Assembly (NCBI GenBank): GCA_963806265.1 | Contig: CAWDXT010000027.1 | Coordinates: forward strand, 135,214 to 199,213 | Reading direction: 5' to 3' | From: an uncultured Chloroflexia bacterium | GTDB taxonomy: Bacteria; Chloroflexota; Limnocylindria; Limnocylindrales; CSP1-4 | Length of the DNA: 64,000 bases | Shown here: piece after piece, positions 38,901-49,941 of the stretch | Layout of the letters: each line of letters opens with the position of its first letter | How positions within the stretch are numbered: the first letter of the stretch is position 1 | The notes under the pieces: model-generated | Seen by the model: the letters and a program-made list of their open reading frames with translations, nothing else | What the model was told of the DNA's origin: nothing | Databases searched by the model: none | Program-made: the position numbers and the translations under genes

Positions 38901-39681
38901 TGACCCACGGATCGGCGCTGTCGCCCGCGACCTTCACGCCGACGCCCTGCGCCTCCTCGACCGCATCCTCGCCGAGGACCTGCTGACGGCATCCGCCGCG
39001 GTCGGCTTCTGGCCAGCAAACGCGACGCCGGACGACGATATCGTGCTGTGGACCGACGAGTCTCGCACCATCGAGCTCGCTCGCATCCCGGCGCTGCGGC
39101 AGCAGATGTCCAAGCGGGACGGCCGGCCCAACCTGTCGATCGCCGACTTCGTGGCACCCGGCGGGATCCCGGACCACATCGGCGCGTTCGCCGTCACGGC
39201 GGGCACGGGCGTCGACGACCTGGTCCGCTCGTTCGAGGCGGCACACGATGACTACAGCGCGATCATGGTCAAGGCGCTCGCCGATCGCCTGGCCGAGGCG
39301 TTCGCCGAGCGGATGCACGAGCAGGTGCGGCGTGAGCTGTGGGGCTATGCCCCCGACGAGTCGCTTTCCAACGACGACCTGATCGCGGAGCGGTTCCAGG
39401 GCATCCGGCCGGCGCCCGGCTACCCGGCCACGCCCGATCACACGGTCAAGGGAACGCTGTTTCGCCTCCTGGAGGCCGAGACGCGCGCGGGCATTCGCCT
39501 CACGGAGACGTTCGCGATGCTGCCGGCGGCATCGGTCTCCGGCCTCTACCTGTGGCATCCGGACAGCCACTACTTCGGAATCGGACGAATGGGCGCCGAC
39601 CAGCTCGAGGACTACGCTCGCCGGGCCGGGATGTCCGTCGAGGATGCGGCACGCTGGCTGGCACCGAACCTCGCGAGCTGA
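35946..39681 (+). pseudogene. metH: Cobalamin-dependent methionine synthase MetH with one frame break near 38760.
   Basis: Hcy-binding module ([13 protein letters not shown]...GLNCALG...[11 protein letters not shown]). Pterin module ([11 protein letters not shown]). B12 module ([23 protein letters not shown]...GLSGLITPS). The AdoMet activation module continues in the +1 frame ([24 protein letters not shown]...IRPAPGYPATPDH...YFGIG). Confidence 0.9.
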
Positions 39682-39719
39682 GCCCATCTGCCCATACGGC
39701 GCGTAGCCGGGAGAACAGG

Positions 39720-40076
39720 ATGCCCAGGATGCCGACCTTCGAGAAGTCGCCGCCCGAGCTCGTCGCGCGCTTCGACGCAGCGTGCGACCGTCACCCGCAG
39801 GGAGCGCGCCGCAAGATGTTCGGCTACCCGGCCCTGTTCGTGGGCGGCAACCTGGCCACCAGCCTGTACCAGGAACGCTGGGTCGTCCGGCTCGGGCCGG
39901 CAGACATCGAGGCCCTGCGGGCCATCCCGGGCGCCGGTGACTTCGCCCCGGTGCCCGGCCGGACGATGCGCGGTTGGGCGACGCTGCCGGGCAGCGTGGT
40001 CGAGGACGAGGGGCAGCTCGACCTGTGGCTGGGGCGGGCCCTGGCGTTCGCCGAATTGCTGCCGCCCAAGCGTTGA
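39720..40076 (+). CDS. TfoX N-terminal-domain family protein.
   Basis: RKMFGYPALFVGGNLATSLYQERWVVRL...MRGWATLP pattern. The RBS GGGAGAACAGGA precedes ATG 39720. Confidence 0.6.
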   Translation: MPRMPTFEKSPPELVARFDAACDRHPQGARRKMFGYPALFVGGNLATSLYQERWVVRLGPADIEALRAIPGAGDFAPVPGRTMRGWATLPGSVVEDEGQLDLWLGRALAFAELLPPKR

Positions 40077-40230
40077 CGGCGGCGCCCGGGATGGCTTGCG
40101 CTGCTCGCCTATGCTTATGGCAGGCCCGTCGTCGGGCAGAGCACGTTACGGCATTCTCGATCCACCCCTGTGCGGAACTCCTCCGTGGTCGATCGCGGTA
40201 CCGTCGAAACCATAGGAGCGGATCGATCCC

Positions 40231-40596
40231 ATGAACGTCGACAAGACGCTCACCTGCGCCGATTGCGGCCAGACCTTCACCTTCACCGCCAGCGAGCAGG
40301 ACTTCTACGCGGAGCGCGGATTCACCGAGCCCAAGCGCTGCCCGGCGTGTCGCGCAGCCCGCAAGGCGGCCCGCAACGCCGAGGGCGGCTACGGCGGCTA
40401 CGGCGCCGGTGGTGGCTACAGCGCCGGTGGCGCGTACAGCGCGGGCGGCTACGGCGATGCCGCGCCGCGGCGGGGCCCGCGCGAGATGTTCCCCGCGACC
40501 TGCTCATCGTGCGGGCAGGAGACAGAGGTTCCCTTCCGGCCGACGTCCGGCAAGCCGGTGTACTGCAGCACCTGCTTCGCGCAGCGCCGGGCCTGA
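40231..40596 (+). CDS. Double zinc-ribbon protein (CxxC...CxxC at each end) with a Gly/Tyr-rich low-complexity linker.
   Basis: LTCADCGQTFTFTASEQDFYAERGFTEPKRCPACR, then GGYGGYGAGGGYSAGGAYSAGGYG, then ATCSSCGQETEVPFRPTSGKPVYCSTCF. Confidence 0.7.
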   Translation: MNVDKTLTCADCGQTFTFTASEQDFYAERGFTEPKRCPACRAARKAARNAEGGYGGYGAGGGYSAGGAYSAGGYGDAAPRRGPREMFPATCSSCGQETEVPFRPTSGKPVYCSTCFAQRRA

Positions 40597-40600
40597 GCGG

Positions 40601-40804
40601 ATGACCGACCCACGTAGATCGGGACTTCCGTCCCGCCGCCCGAACCCGGAGCCTGATCGCCTTCGGCACGTCATCGCCGAGTACAAGCACCGCGCCCAGC
40701 GCATCACGTGCGAGTGCGGCTGGACGGGCAGCTCGGAGATGCACGACGGGCGGACGTCCGAGTGGAGCCGCCACGTCGCGGAGATGCGACAGGCCTCGGC
40801 CTGA
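40601..40804 (+). CDS. Hypothetical small protein (67 aa).
   Basis: ORF directly downstream of the zinc-ribbon gene, in GC-typical codon usage. No recognisable family. Confidence 0.35.
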   Translation: MTDPRRSGLPSRRPNPEPDRLRHVIAEYKHRAQRITCECGWTGSSEMHDGRTSEWSRHVAEMRQASA

Positions 40805-40829
40805 TCAGGAGGCGGCGCGTTTGCGCCGC

Positions 40830-42062
40830 CTACTGATTGTTCGCGAGAACCGCCAGCGCCTTGAGCAGCTGCGTGTCCTGTGACGACGCCAGCTGCGATG
40901 CGGTCATCGACTGCACGTCACCCGGGAACTCGATCGACGCGTTGTCCGGCAGCGCCACCGTGATGTCGGGCTCAAGGCCCTCGTGCCAGATCGGGCGGCC
41001 GTCGCGGGTCAGCCACTTCTCGACGCCGATCCGGAGCGAGGATCCGTCGGCCAGGTCGAACCGGCCGAGCACGGTGCCGGTCCCGAACGTCTTCTCGCCG
41101 ACCACGGTTCCACGACCGGCATCCTGGATGGCCCCGGTGACGATCTCGGCCGAGCTCGCGGTGTTGCCGTCGGTCAGCACGACCAGCGGCCCGCTCGTCC
41201 AGAGCCCGCCGGGCTCCACGGGAATGTCCTTCTCCACGCCGCTCGCGTCGACGCTCCGATAGACGATCCCGTCGCCCACGAACTGGCTCGCCACGCCCAC
41301 GGCCTCGTTCACGTACCCACCGGGGTTACCCCGCAGGTCGAGGATGATCGCCGTGGCTCCGTCCGCCTTCGCCGCCTTGATCGCGTCCTGGACGCCCTTC
41401 GTGGCACCGGTGGCGAACTGGTCGAGGCGGATGAGGGCGGTCTTCTGGCCGGGCACCATCGACCACTCCACCAGCGGCAGGTCGAACTTGCGCCGCACGA
41501 TCGTGACGTCGAACGGCTTGCTGCCCGCGCGGTCGATCGTGAGCGTCACCGACTCACCCTCGGGCCCGCGGATGCTGCTGATCACCTGGTCGATCGACTG
41601 GCCCTCGGTCGTGGTGCCATTGACCGCCGCGATCCGGTCGCCACGCATCAGCCCCGCCTCCTCGGCAGGCGTGTTGGGGATCACCGTGTTCACGACCGGC
41701 CCGTTGCTGTCGTTGGTGCTGACCTGGATGCCAATGCCCACGAAGGTCCCGGACAGCGACTGGTCGACCGCCTTCGACTCGGCGGCGGTGAGGAACGTGG
41801 TGTGACCCTCGTCCCCGACCGCCTTGGTCATGCCATCGATCGCCGCATAGGCCATCGCCTGGTTGTCGAGGCTGGGAGCATCCACGTAGTGCTCCTGGAT
41901 GATCTTCCACGCCTCGTTGATCAGGTCGATCTCCTGGCCCGCGCTCGTCCCTGACTCCGATGTCGAGGCCGACGTGCCCGGAGGCGTTGCCTCCGGGGCG
42001 ATGGTCGCGTGACCGACCGCGATGCCGCCCGCAAACAGCGCGACGCCCAGCACGGCCGCCAT
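40830..42062 (-). CDS. S41 carboxy-terminal processing peptidase with a PDZ domain. The N-terminus probably extends to about 42298 through a frame break near 42130.
   Basis: TFVGIGIQV...PAEEAGLMRGDRIAAVNG (PDZ), LDLRGNPGGY, TDGNTASSAEIV (Ser nucleophile context), GEKTFGTGTV. The upstream ORF 41921..42298 (MTDSADPTAGLPP...) joins the in-frame RRFVTGAMAAVLGV membrane anchor if one indel is assumed. Confidence 0.85.
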   Translation of the reverse strand: MAAVLGVALFAGGIAVGHATIAPEATPPGTSASTSESGTSAGQEIDLINEAWKIIQEHYVDAPSLDNQAMAYAAIDGMTKAVGDEGHTTFLTAAESKAVDQSLSGTFVGIGIQVSTNDSNGPVVNTVIPNTPAEEAGLMRGDRIAAVNGTTTEGQSIDQVISSIRGPEGESVTLTIDRAGSKPFDVTIVRRKFDLPLVEWSMVPGQKTALIRLDQFATGATKGVQDAIKAAKADGATAIILDLRGNPGGYVNEAVGVASQFVGDGIVYRSVDASGVEKDIPVEPGGLWTSGPLVVLTDGNTASSAEIVTGAIQDAGRGTVVGEKTFGTGTVLGRFDLADGSSLRIGVEKWLTRDGRPIWHEGLEPDITVALPDNASIEFPGDVQSMTASQLASSQDTQLLKALAVLANNQ

Positions 42063-42419
42063 GGCCCCGGTGACGAAGCGGCGTGCGCCCCGCCGGCCCC
42101 TGGCCTTCGCTGGCGGCGGGGTGGGAGCGCGGGTCCCGGCGCTGGCGGTGGCGCCACCGGCGCGGCGCCGGCCAGGCCGTCCGCGACTGGCCTGGTGCTG
42201 GAGGTGGTACCTGGGGCGCCGGCCGGCTCGAGCGTGGGCTGGGGCGTGGGCGCGGGATCCGGCGGCAAGCCGGCAGTGGGATCAGCTGAGTCGGTCATGG
42301 GCCTCGTGGTTTGCGGGCGCGCCGGGCCGGCGGGCGTTGCACAGCATGACGCCTCAGGTTTCAGCCCGGGTGGCGGACGGGTGAAGTTGCCTTACTGGCG
42401 CCGCTCGGACCAGGCTGAC

Positions 42420-43184
42420 TCAGCGGTCGTCACGGACGAGTCGCCTGGCCGCGCGGGTGGCACGAACGAAGTGCCGCAGATGCGAGATCGGCCGGACGTG
42501 GCTCGGCTCGCCCGCGTAGATGGTGGAGATCGGTACCCAGTCGAGCGTCCAGCCCCGGCGAAGGCAGACGGCGATCATCTCGACCTCGAACTCGAACCCG
42601 GTTTCCGCGCTGTCGAGCGTGGCCGTCATGAGCCGCCGACCGAGCAGCCGGTACCCGGACTGGTTGTCGGCGATCGGCTGACCGACCGCCCACGAGAAGG
42701 CCGCGGTCCCGAGGCGGTTCGACAGGCGGCGAACGGGCGGCATCCGGTCGAAGTCGCGACGGCCGATGATCAGCTCCGGGCGTGGCCCGGCAGCGCCGGG
42801 AGCGGCGAACGCGGCCACGAACCGCGGGATCTCGTCCGGGTCGTGCTGACCATCGGCATCGAGCGTGACCACGGCGTCCCAACCGCCATCGAGCGCATAC
42901 CGGAACCCGGCCCGCAGGGCGGCCCCCTTGCCCTGGTTGGGTCGCTGCCGGATGACCTCCGCCCCGGCGGATTCCGCGACATCGGCCGTGTCGTCGGTCG
43001 AGCCGTCGTCGACGACCACGACCGGCAGGTGGCGGGACGCGGCCTCGACCACGTTCCCGATCCGCGGCCCCTCCTGGTACCCCGGGACCAGGGCAAGGAT
43101 GCGGCCCGCGGCGTTGGCTGCGCTCCGCTCGGTGCTGGCTGGGCTCCGCGACGGTGCGGACGGACGGTGGCCTGATGTGGGCAC
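42420..43184 (-). CDS. Family 2 glycosyltransferase (polyprenol-phosphate sugar transferase-like).
   Basis: VVVVDDGSTDDT...NQGKGAALRAGF...VTLDADGQHDP...NQSGYRLL. Confidence 0.8.
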   Translation of the reverse strand: MPTSGHRPSAPSRSPASTERSAANAAGRILALVPGYQEGPRIGNVVEAASRHLPVVVVDDGSTDDTADVAESAGAEVIRQRPNQGKGAALRAGFRYALDGGWDAVVTLDADGQHDPDEIPRFVAAFAAPGAAGPRPELIIGRRDFDRMPPVRRLSNRLGTAAFSWAVGQPIADNQSGYRLLGRRLMTATLDSAETGFEFEVEMIAVCLRRGWTLDWVPISTIYAGEPSHVRPISHLRHFVRATRAARRLVRDDR

Positions 43185-43260
43185 GTCGTCAGGTCACGTT
43201 GGTTTCGCGCTCGCCGAGGGTTGCACGGTGCTTCATCGACATGGCCTCGGCACCAAGGTA

Positions 43261-44466
43261 TCAACCGGCGGCGTCGCCTCGCTGGCGCGGGAGCCACACG
43301 CTGATCGCTGACGGGTGCATCGTCTCCCGGACGACGGACTCCAGGTTCTCGGTCAGGTGATCCACCTCGACCCCTTCCTGAAGGTGGTTCGCCAGGCGGC
43401 GAACGACGCGCTCGGACTCGTAGCCCGATCGATGGAAGCGTCGGTCCACTCGGCGCAGGACGCGACGACGGACCGGGTTGAACAGCGCGGCCGCCAGCAG
43501 CGTGGATCCCGCGACGAACAGCGGCGGCTGCTCGCCCAGCAGCTGGGTGGGCAGCCACACGGCGCCGGCGACGTAGACGACGCCCAGCGTCAGGATCACC
43601 AGCGCGTATCCGACGGTCCGGGAGATGATCCGATCGATCTCGAACAGCCGGTAGCGGGCGATCGCGATCGTGATCGAGATCGGGATGAAGTACAGCGACA
43701 CAACCAGCGCAAGGGAATACAGCCCGGGCAGGAGATCCGGCACGAAGAGGCCGCTGGCCAGCACGACCGCGAACATGGTCGTGGCGAACAGCACCCACTT
43801 GATCTGCGTCCGAACCAGGGATCCGGCTCGCCGGTAGCGGACCACGACTGCTGCGATCCCGCCGACCAGCAGCGACACGAGCCCCAGCCCGAACAGGGAC
43901 CAGAACGGACTCTCTTCCACGTCCGCCGCGGGCAGGAAGCCGATCGGGTTCGCGATCGTCCAGTCTCCCGACTCCGACGTGAGCTCGGTCGAGAAGACCG
44001 CGGAGACGACCGCCTGCGCGGCATACACCACCGCCACCACCCCGGCCCAACGCCAGCGCGAGGAGGGAAACCGGCCGGTCGGGAACAGGAACAGCAACAG
44101 GAGCAGCGGCAGCAGGATCCCGATCCACCAGCCGAGGGACTCCCACATCACCGCGAACGCCTCAGCCGCCGAAAGTGATACCGGCGGCTCCGTCGGGGTG
44201 ATCACCTGGGACACGGCGGACACCATGCCGGCCGCCCCGAATGCGAGCAGCAGCCAGCCGATCCTCTGCCCGTCCCGGCGCGTGATGATCAGGGAGCCCA
44301 ACGCCGAGTACAGGGTTGGCAGCCCGAGAAACGCCGCATCCTCGAACCCGACTGCCGGACCGCCATACCAGAGCACAAACAGGACGAGACTGCCCACGGC
44401 CACCACCGCGGTCCAGCCCCAGAGGAACGGCCGCACGACGTCATGCATCGGCGGCAAGGGTCGCAC
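43261..44466 (-). CDS. Polytopic membrane protein resembling the sensor portion of actinobacterial histidine kinases. No kinase domain is present.
   Basis: About 9-10 TM helices, then IARYRLFEIDRIISRTVGYALV and a short cytoplasmic tail. No H-box or HATPase motifs occur before the stop. Confidence 0.55.
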   Translation of the reverse strand: MRPLPPMHDVVRPFLWGWTAVVAVGSLVLFVLWYGGPAVGFEDAAFLGLPTLYSALGSLIITRRDGQRIGWLLLAFGAAGMVSAVSQVITPTEPPVSLSAAEAFAVMWESLGWWIGILLPLLLLLFLFPTGRFPSSRWRWAGVVAVVYAAQAVVSAVFSTELTSESGDWTIANPIGFLPAADVEESPFWSLFGLGLVSLLVGGIAAVVVRYRRAGSLVRTQIKWVLFATTMFAVVLASGLFVPDLLPGLYSLALVVSLYFIPISITIAIARYRLFEIDRIISRTVGYALVILTLGVVYVAGAVWLPTQLLGEQPPLFVAGSTLLAAALFNPVRRRVLRRVDRRFHRSGYESERVVRRLANHLQEGVEVDHLTENLESVVRETMHPSAISVWLPRQRGDAAG

Positions 44467-44566
44467 GCCACCGTGACGGTAGCGTTACGAGGCGGGGCCG
44501 CGAGTCATTCGCGTGGCGCGCGAGCCGCGTGATCCAGCTGCGGCCAGCCGTTCCTGGCCGGCCCTG

Positions 44567-45246
44567 TCAGGAGGCGAGCTGGAACGAGTTCACGACCGAC
44601 ATCGCGTCCGGCAGGAACTGCTCGAACTGGCTGCCCTCGAAGTCATCGATGTCCACGATCAGCGTCCCACCGTCGGGAAGATCGAGCGCGAACAGCCGCA
44701 GCCGCTCGTCACCGGCGATCACCCAGCGCAGCCCCGTCCCCGAGTTGACGAGGAGCGGCACCGTGGGCAGGCCGTTGGCAAACGAGCACGACTGGGTCCA
44801 GCCGTTGCGGATCCTGATGTCGACGGAGCTGCCGATCAGGCCACCGACCTGGACCATGGCGGGGCTCGTGACGGTGAGCCCGTCCAGGCCGCGGATCCAG
44901 CTCATCAGCTCGACCGACGACGTTCCCACGGAGGGCTCCGCCTCCACCGGGCACGACGGATCCTGGGAGGCTGCGCTCACGCCCCGGAACAGGTGGATGC
45001 CGAGCAGGTCCTGGCCGGCCGGCCGGAGCTGCAGGTAGTCGGCGGTGTCAGTGGCCAGGGCCCAGCCATCGGGCACGGTGAACGTGACGCCCGGCTGGAA
45101 CACCGCCGAGGCATGTGTTCCGGCCGGCAGCGGCGAATTCGAACGGGCCCGGTCGGTGCCTGGGTCGCGGACGACCCACACGCCGAGGCAAGGACGCTGG
45201 TGAGCAGCACGAGGATCAGGGCAAGGGTCCGGGAACCACGACGCAT
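44567..45246 (-). pseudogene. Lipoprotein of unknown function with one frame break near 45145.
   Basis: MRRGSRTLALILVLLTSVLASACGSSATQAPTGP (lipobox) is in the 45327 frame. It continues as ARSNSPLPAGTHASAVFQPGVTFTVPDGWALATD... in the 44567..45478 frame. The break lies at a GGGCCC run. Confidence 0.65.
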
Positions 45247-45359
45247 GCGGCACGCTCCGGGGCAGATGCTGGCGGACGCCCGAGCATTGTGCCCAACACT
45301 GCGCCGCCGTGCCCGCGGTGGGTGCACACTTTCGGAACCGCTGCAGGAGGAGATCGCCC

Positions 45360-46946
<1,587 letters not shown>

Positions 46947-46971
46947 CGCCGGCCCTGCGAGCCCGGGTGGC

Positions 46972-48006
46972 TCAGGCGCCTGCCGACGTCCCCAGCGCTG
47001 CGGCGATGCCGGCGATCTGGCCAGGCGTGACGCGGCAGCAGCCACCGATCAACGAGGCGCCACGCGCCCTCCATTCCAGCGCCGCGGCAGGATCGACGTC
47101 GGTGCCGATCGCGGGCGTCCAGCGGCGCGCGGTCGAGTCCCAGGCCTCGCCGCTGTTCGGATAGACGACGATGGGCAGCGTCGTGGTCACCCGGATCCGA
47201 TCCACGAGCTCGTCGACATGCTCGGGCGCCGTGCAGTTGACACCGATCGCGGCCACCGCGCTGGACGCCGCCGCAGCGGCGACGGCCTCCTCGATCGGCG
47301 CCCCGCTTCGAAGACGAGCTCCATCGGCGCACGAGACGCTGACCCAGGCCACCGCCCCGGGCAGCGAATTGAGGAGCCCCGTGATCGCCGTGACCTCGTC
47401 CAGGTCGGGGATCGTCTCGACCGCCAGCAGATCGGCGTCGGTTGCCGCCAGACTCTCCAGCCGCTCCCGGTGGAAGTCGGTCAGCTGGGTCACCGAGAGC
47501 CCGTAGCGGCCCCGGTACTCCGAGCCGTCCGCGAGCATCGCGCCATACGGTCCGACCGAGGCGGCGACGAGCAGCGGCTCCCGTGCCTCCCCGCCGGCTG
47601 CGGCGATCTCCGACCGATACCGGCTGCGCGCCGTTGCGGCGAGGGTCACGCTCCGCCGGAGCACCTCGATGGCCTCGCCATGGTCGATCCCGCGCTCGGC
47701 AAGCCCCTCGAACGTGGCCTGGTAGCTGGCCGAGATCGCAACCTGCGCGCCGGCACGGTAGTAGGCCAGGTGGGCCGCGACGATCGCCTCTGGATTCTCG
47801 AGCAGCAGGCGCGCGGACCACAGGCGATCGGCAAGGCTCTCGCCCTGCGCCTCCAGCTGGGTGGCGAGCCCACCGTCCAGCACGAGCGGTGCCCCGCTCG
47901 CCAGTGCCTCCCGGAATGCCCGTCCGTGCATGTCGCGGATCGTGCCACGAACCATTCGCGGGCGCGACAGGATGCGCGACGGAGGCATGCTCGATCGGGT
48001 GCCCAT
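46972..48006 (-). CDS. mmuM: Homocysteine S-methyltransferase.
   Basis: LVLDGGLATQLE...LWSARLLLENPEAIVAAHLAYYRAGAQVAISASYQA...GVNCTAPEH...LIGGCCRVTPGQI. The start is uncertain (Met codons at 48006, 47988, 47955 and 47931). Confidence 0.85.
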   Translation of the reverse strand: MGTRSSMPPSRILSRPRMVRGTIRDMHGRAFREALASGAPLVLDGGLATQLEAQGESLADRLWSARLLLENPEAIVAAHLAYYRAGAQVAISASYQATFEGLAERGIDHGEAIEVLRRSVTLAATARSRYRSEIAAAGGEAREPLLVAASVGPYGAMLADGSEYRGRYGLSVTQLTDFHRERLESLAATDADLLAVETIPDLDEVTAITGLLNSLPGAVAWVSVSCADGARLRSGAPIEEAVAAAAASSAVAAIGVNCTAPEHVDELVDRIRVTTTLPIVVYPNSGEAWDSTARRWTPAIGTDVDPAAALEWRARGASLIGGCCRVTPGQIAGIAAALGTSAGA

Positions 48007-48073
48007 CCGTCCCCTCGAGGCACTGCGCGGCGGGGCGCGTCCCGGATTGACCCGGCCGGGTGCATGACCTATT

Positions 48074-48092
48074 CTCGATAATCGATGATCAG
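48074..48092. promoter_or_regulatory. Candidate operator C: the same heptad repeat, upstream of the SDR-MBL operon.
   Basis: CTCGATA ATCGATG ATCAG. It shares the exact 12-mer TCGATAATCGAT with operator A (62835-62846) and the exact 11-mer AATCGATGATC with operator B (62900-62910). Confidence 0.6.
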
Positions 48093-48891
48093 CGGAGGAA
48101 CGACGGTGCCCCTACTCGACAGGTTCAGGCTCGACGATCGCGTCGCCCTCATCGCCGGCGGCGGGGGCGCCATCGGGTCCGCGATCGGCACGGCGCTCGC
48201 GAGCGCCGGCGCCAGGGTGGTGGTCTGTGACCACTCGGAGGAGCGTGCACAGGCCGCGGCCGACCGGGTCTGCCGGGCCGGTGGCACCTGCCTGGGCGTC
48301 CATGCAGACGTGACCCGGGAGGCCGATGCCGAGCGGATCGTCAGGGAGGCCGTCGACGCGTACGGGCGCCTGGACATCATCGTCAACGCCGTCGGTGGCG
48401 GCGCCGGCAAGGTCCTGTTCGACGCGGAGGCCTACCCACGCGACGCATGGGACTGGATCATGGAGCTCAACGTCCGGAGCACGCTGGTCGCCACCCAGGC
48501 GGCGGTGCGCCAGATGATCGAGAGTGGCAACGGTGGCCGCGTGCTCAACATCTCGTCGGTCCGCGCCCTGCTGGGGATCAACGCCGGCTACTCCGCGTAT
48601 GTCGCCGCCAAGGGCGCGGTCGCCTCGCTGACCCGGCAATGGGCGACCGAGTGGGCGAAGCACGGCATCACGGTCAACGCGATCTCGCCCACGTTCGTCG
48701 ACACGCCGCAGGTGGCGATGCTGCTGGACGACCCGGCATTCAAGTCCGGCATCGAGAGCCGCATCCCGATCGGCCGGATCGGCACCACCGACGACCTGGT
48801 GGGCGCGGCGTTGTTCCTGTGCTCGGATGCGTCGTCGTTCATCACGGGCCAGATCCTGGGCATCGACGGCGGCCTGACCGCGACCCAGTAG
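48085..48891 (+). CDS. Short-chain dehydrogenase/reductase (SDR).
   Basis: ALIAGGGGAIGSAIG, NAVGG, YSAYVAAKGAV (YxxxK). GTG 48106, preceded by GGAGGA at 48094-48099, is the more likely start. Confidence 0.85.
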   Translation: MISGGTTVPLLDRFRLDDRVALIAGGGGAIGSAIGTALASAGARVVVCDHSEERAQAAADRVCRAGGTCLGVHADVTREADAERIVREAVDAYGRLDIIVNAVGGGAGKVLFDAEAYPRDAWDWIMELNVRSTLVATQAAVRQMIESGNGGRVLNISSVRALLGINAGYSAYVAAKGAVASLTRQWATEWAKHGITVNAISPTFVDTPQVAMLLDDPAFKSGIESRIPIGRIGTTDDLVGAALFLCSDASSFITGQILGIDGGLTATQ

Positions 48892-48956
48892 CCCGGACAC
48901 GAACAGGAGGCTCGGGCAGCGCGCGCGAAGCGTCGCCCGGCGCTCGGAGGAGACAG

Positions 48957-49874
48957 ATGCAGACGAGCATCGCGCTCGAGATGGAGCAGGTCACCGGCAA
49001 GGTGTTCACGAACACCCGGCTGCGGGGCTGCAACCCGAGCTTCGTGACCACCTCGGAGGGCGTCGTCGTGATCGACACGCCGCAGCTGCCGACCAAGGCG
49101 GTCGCCATGCGCCAGCTGGCCGAAACGCACGGACCCATCCGGTACCTGATCAACACCGAGCACCACGTCGACCACATCTTCGGCAACTACTTCTTCAAGG
49201 GCGCCGGCACGGTCGTCAACCACCGGGCCCTCTGGGAGCGGTTCATGGTGGTGTTCCCCGACCTCGACCCGTTCGCCTATGCGTACGAGTCGATCCCGGG
49301 CGACAACCCCAAGGGCACGGATCTCGACGATCCGGGCGCGGTGGACCTGTGGCCGGATCGCGACGAGTACTACGCGGATCCGAACAAGGGCAAGATCGTG
49401 TTCACCGGCGACCTGACGCTCCACGTCGGCGACCACACGTTCAACCTGCTGCACACGCCGGGCCACACCCCCGGCCAGCTCGCCGTCCACGTGCCCGAGG
49501 AGGGCGTCGTGTTCACGGGTGACACGATCTTCTCGGGCTGCCAGACCTGGCTCATGACCTCCGACGTGGCCCAGTGGCTCGACGCCCTGGAGCGGATCCG
49601 GACGCTCGACTTCGAGACGATCGTGCCGGGGCACGGACCGGTGGTCAGCAGGGACTACCTCGACGTCCAGCGCTCGGTGCTCATGGAGTGGAAGACGGCC
49701 GTCGCCACGGCGATCGCGAAGGGGTGGTCACGGGAGGAGACGATGGAGCGCGTCCACTTCCGCGACCGCTTCGGCCCCGTGGACATCGGGCAGGGCTACA
49801 TGATGGATCACATCCAGACCCTGAACGCGGCGTCGCTCTACGACAAGCTCACCGGGGCGATCCCCGGCGCCTGA
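48957..49874 (+). CDS. MBL-fold metallo-hydrolase.
   Basis: VVIDTPQ...LINTEHHVDHIFGN...LLHTPGHTPGQLAVHVPEEGVVFTGD...VPGHG. GGAGGA RBS lies at 48946-48951. Confidence 0.85.
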   Translation: MQTSIALEMEQVTGKVFTNTRLRGCNPSFVTTSEGVVVIDTPQLPTKAVAMRQLAETHGPIRYLINTEHHVDHIFGNYFFKGAGTVVNHRALWERFMVVFPDLDPFAYAYESIPGDNPKGTDLDDPGAVDLWPDRDEYYADPNKGKIVFTGDLTLHVGDHTFNLLHTPGHTPGQLAVHVPEEGVVFTGDTIFSGCQTWLMTSDVAQWLDALERIRTLDFETIVPGHGPVVSRDYLDVQRSVLMEWKTAVATAIAKGWSREETMERVHFRDRFGPVDIGQGYMMDHIQTLNAASLYDKLTGAIPGA

Positions 49875-49922
49875 GCAGGCGGGACCATGCGCCAAGCGGG
49901 TGACTGCGCAGTCGCCCCGGAC

Positions 49923-49938
49923 CTGCCGTCGACGGCAG
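49923..49938. terminator. Perfect 16-bp palindrome CTGCCGTCGACGGCAG between the convergent MBL and PPDK-like genes. Possible bidirectional terminator stem.
   Basis: Read directly. No U-tract is present, so intrinsic-terminator status is uncertain. Confidence 0.35.
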
Positions 49939-49941
49939 CCC

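Noticed and set aside
40077-40230. An intergenic stretch checked for a tRNA or small RNA.
   Set aside because: I recognise no cloverleaf-compatible arms or conserved T-loop (GTTCGAATC-like) sequence. Nothing supportable emerges by eye.
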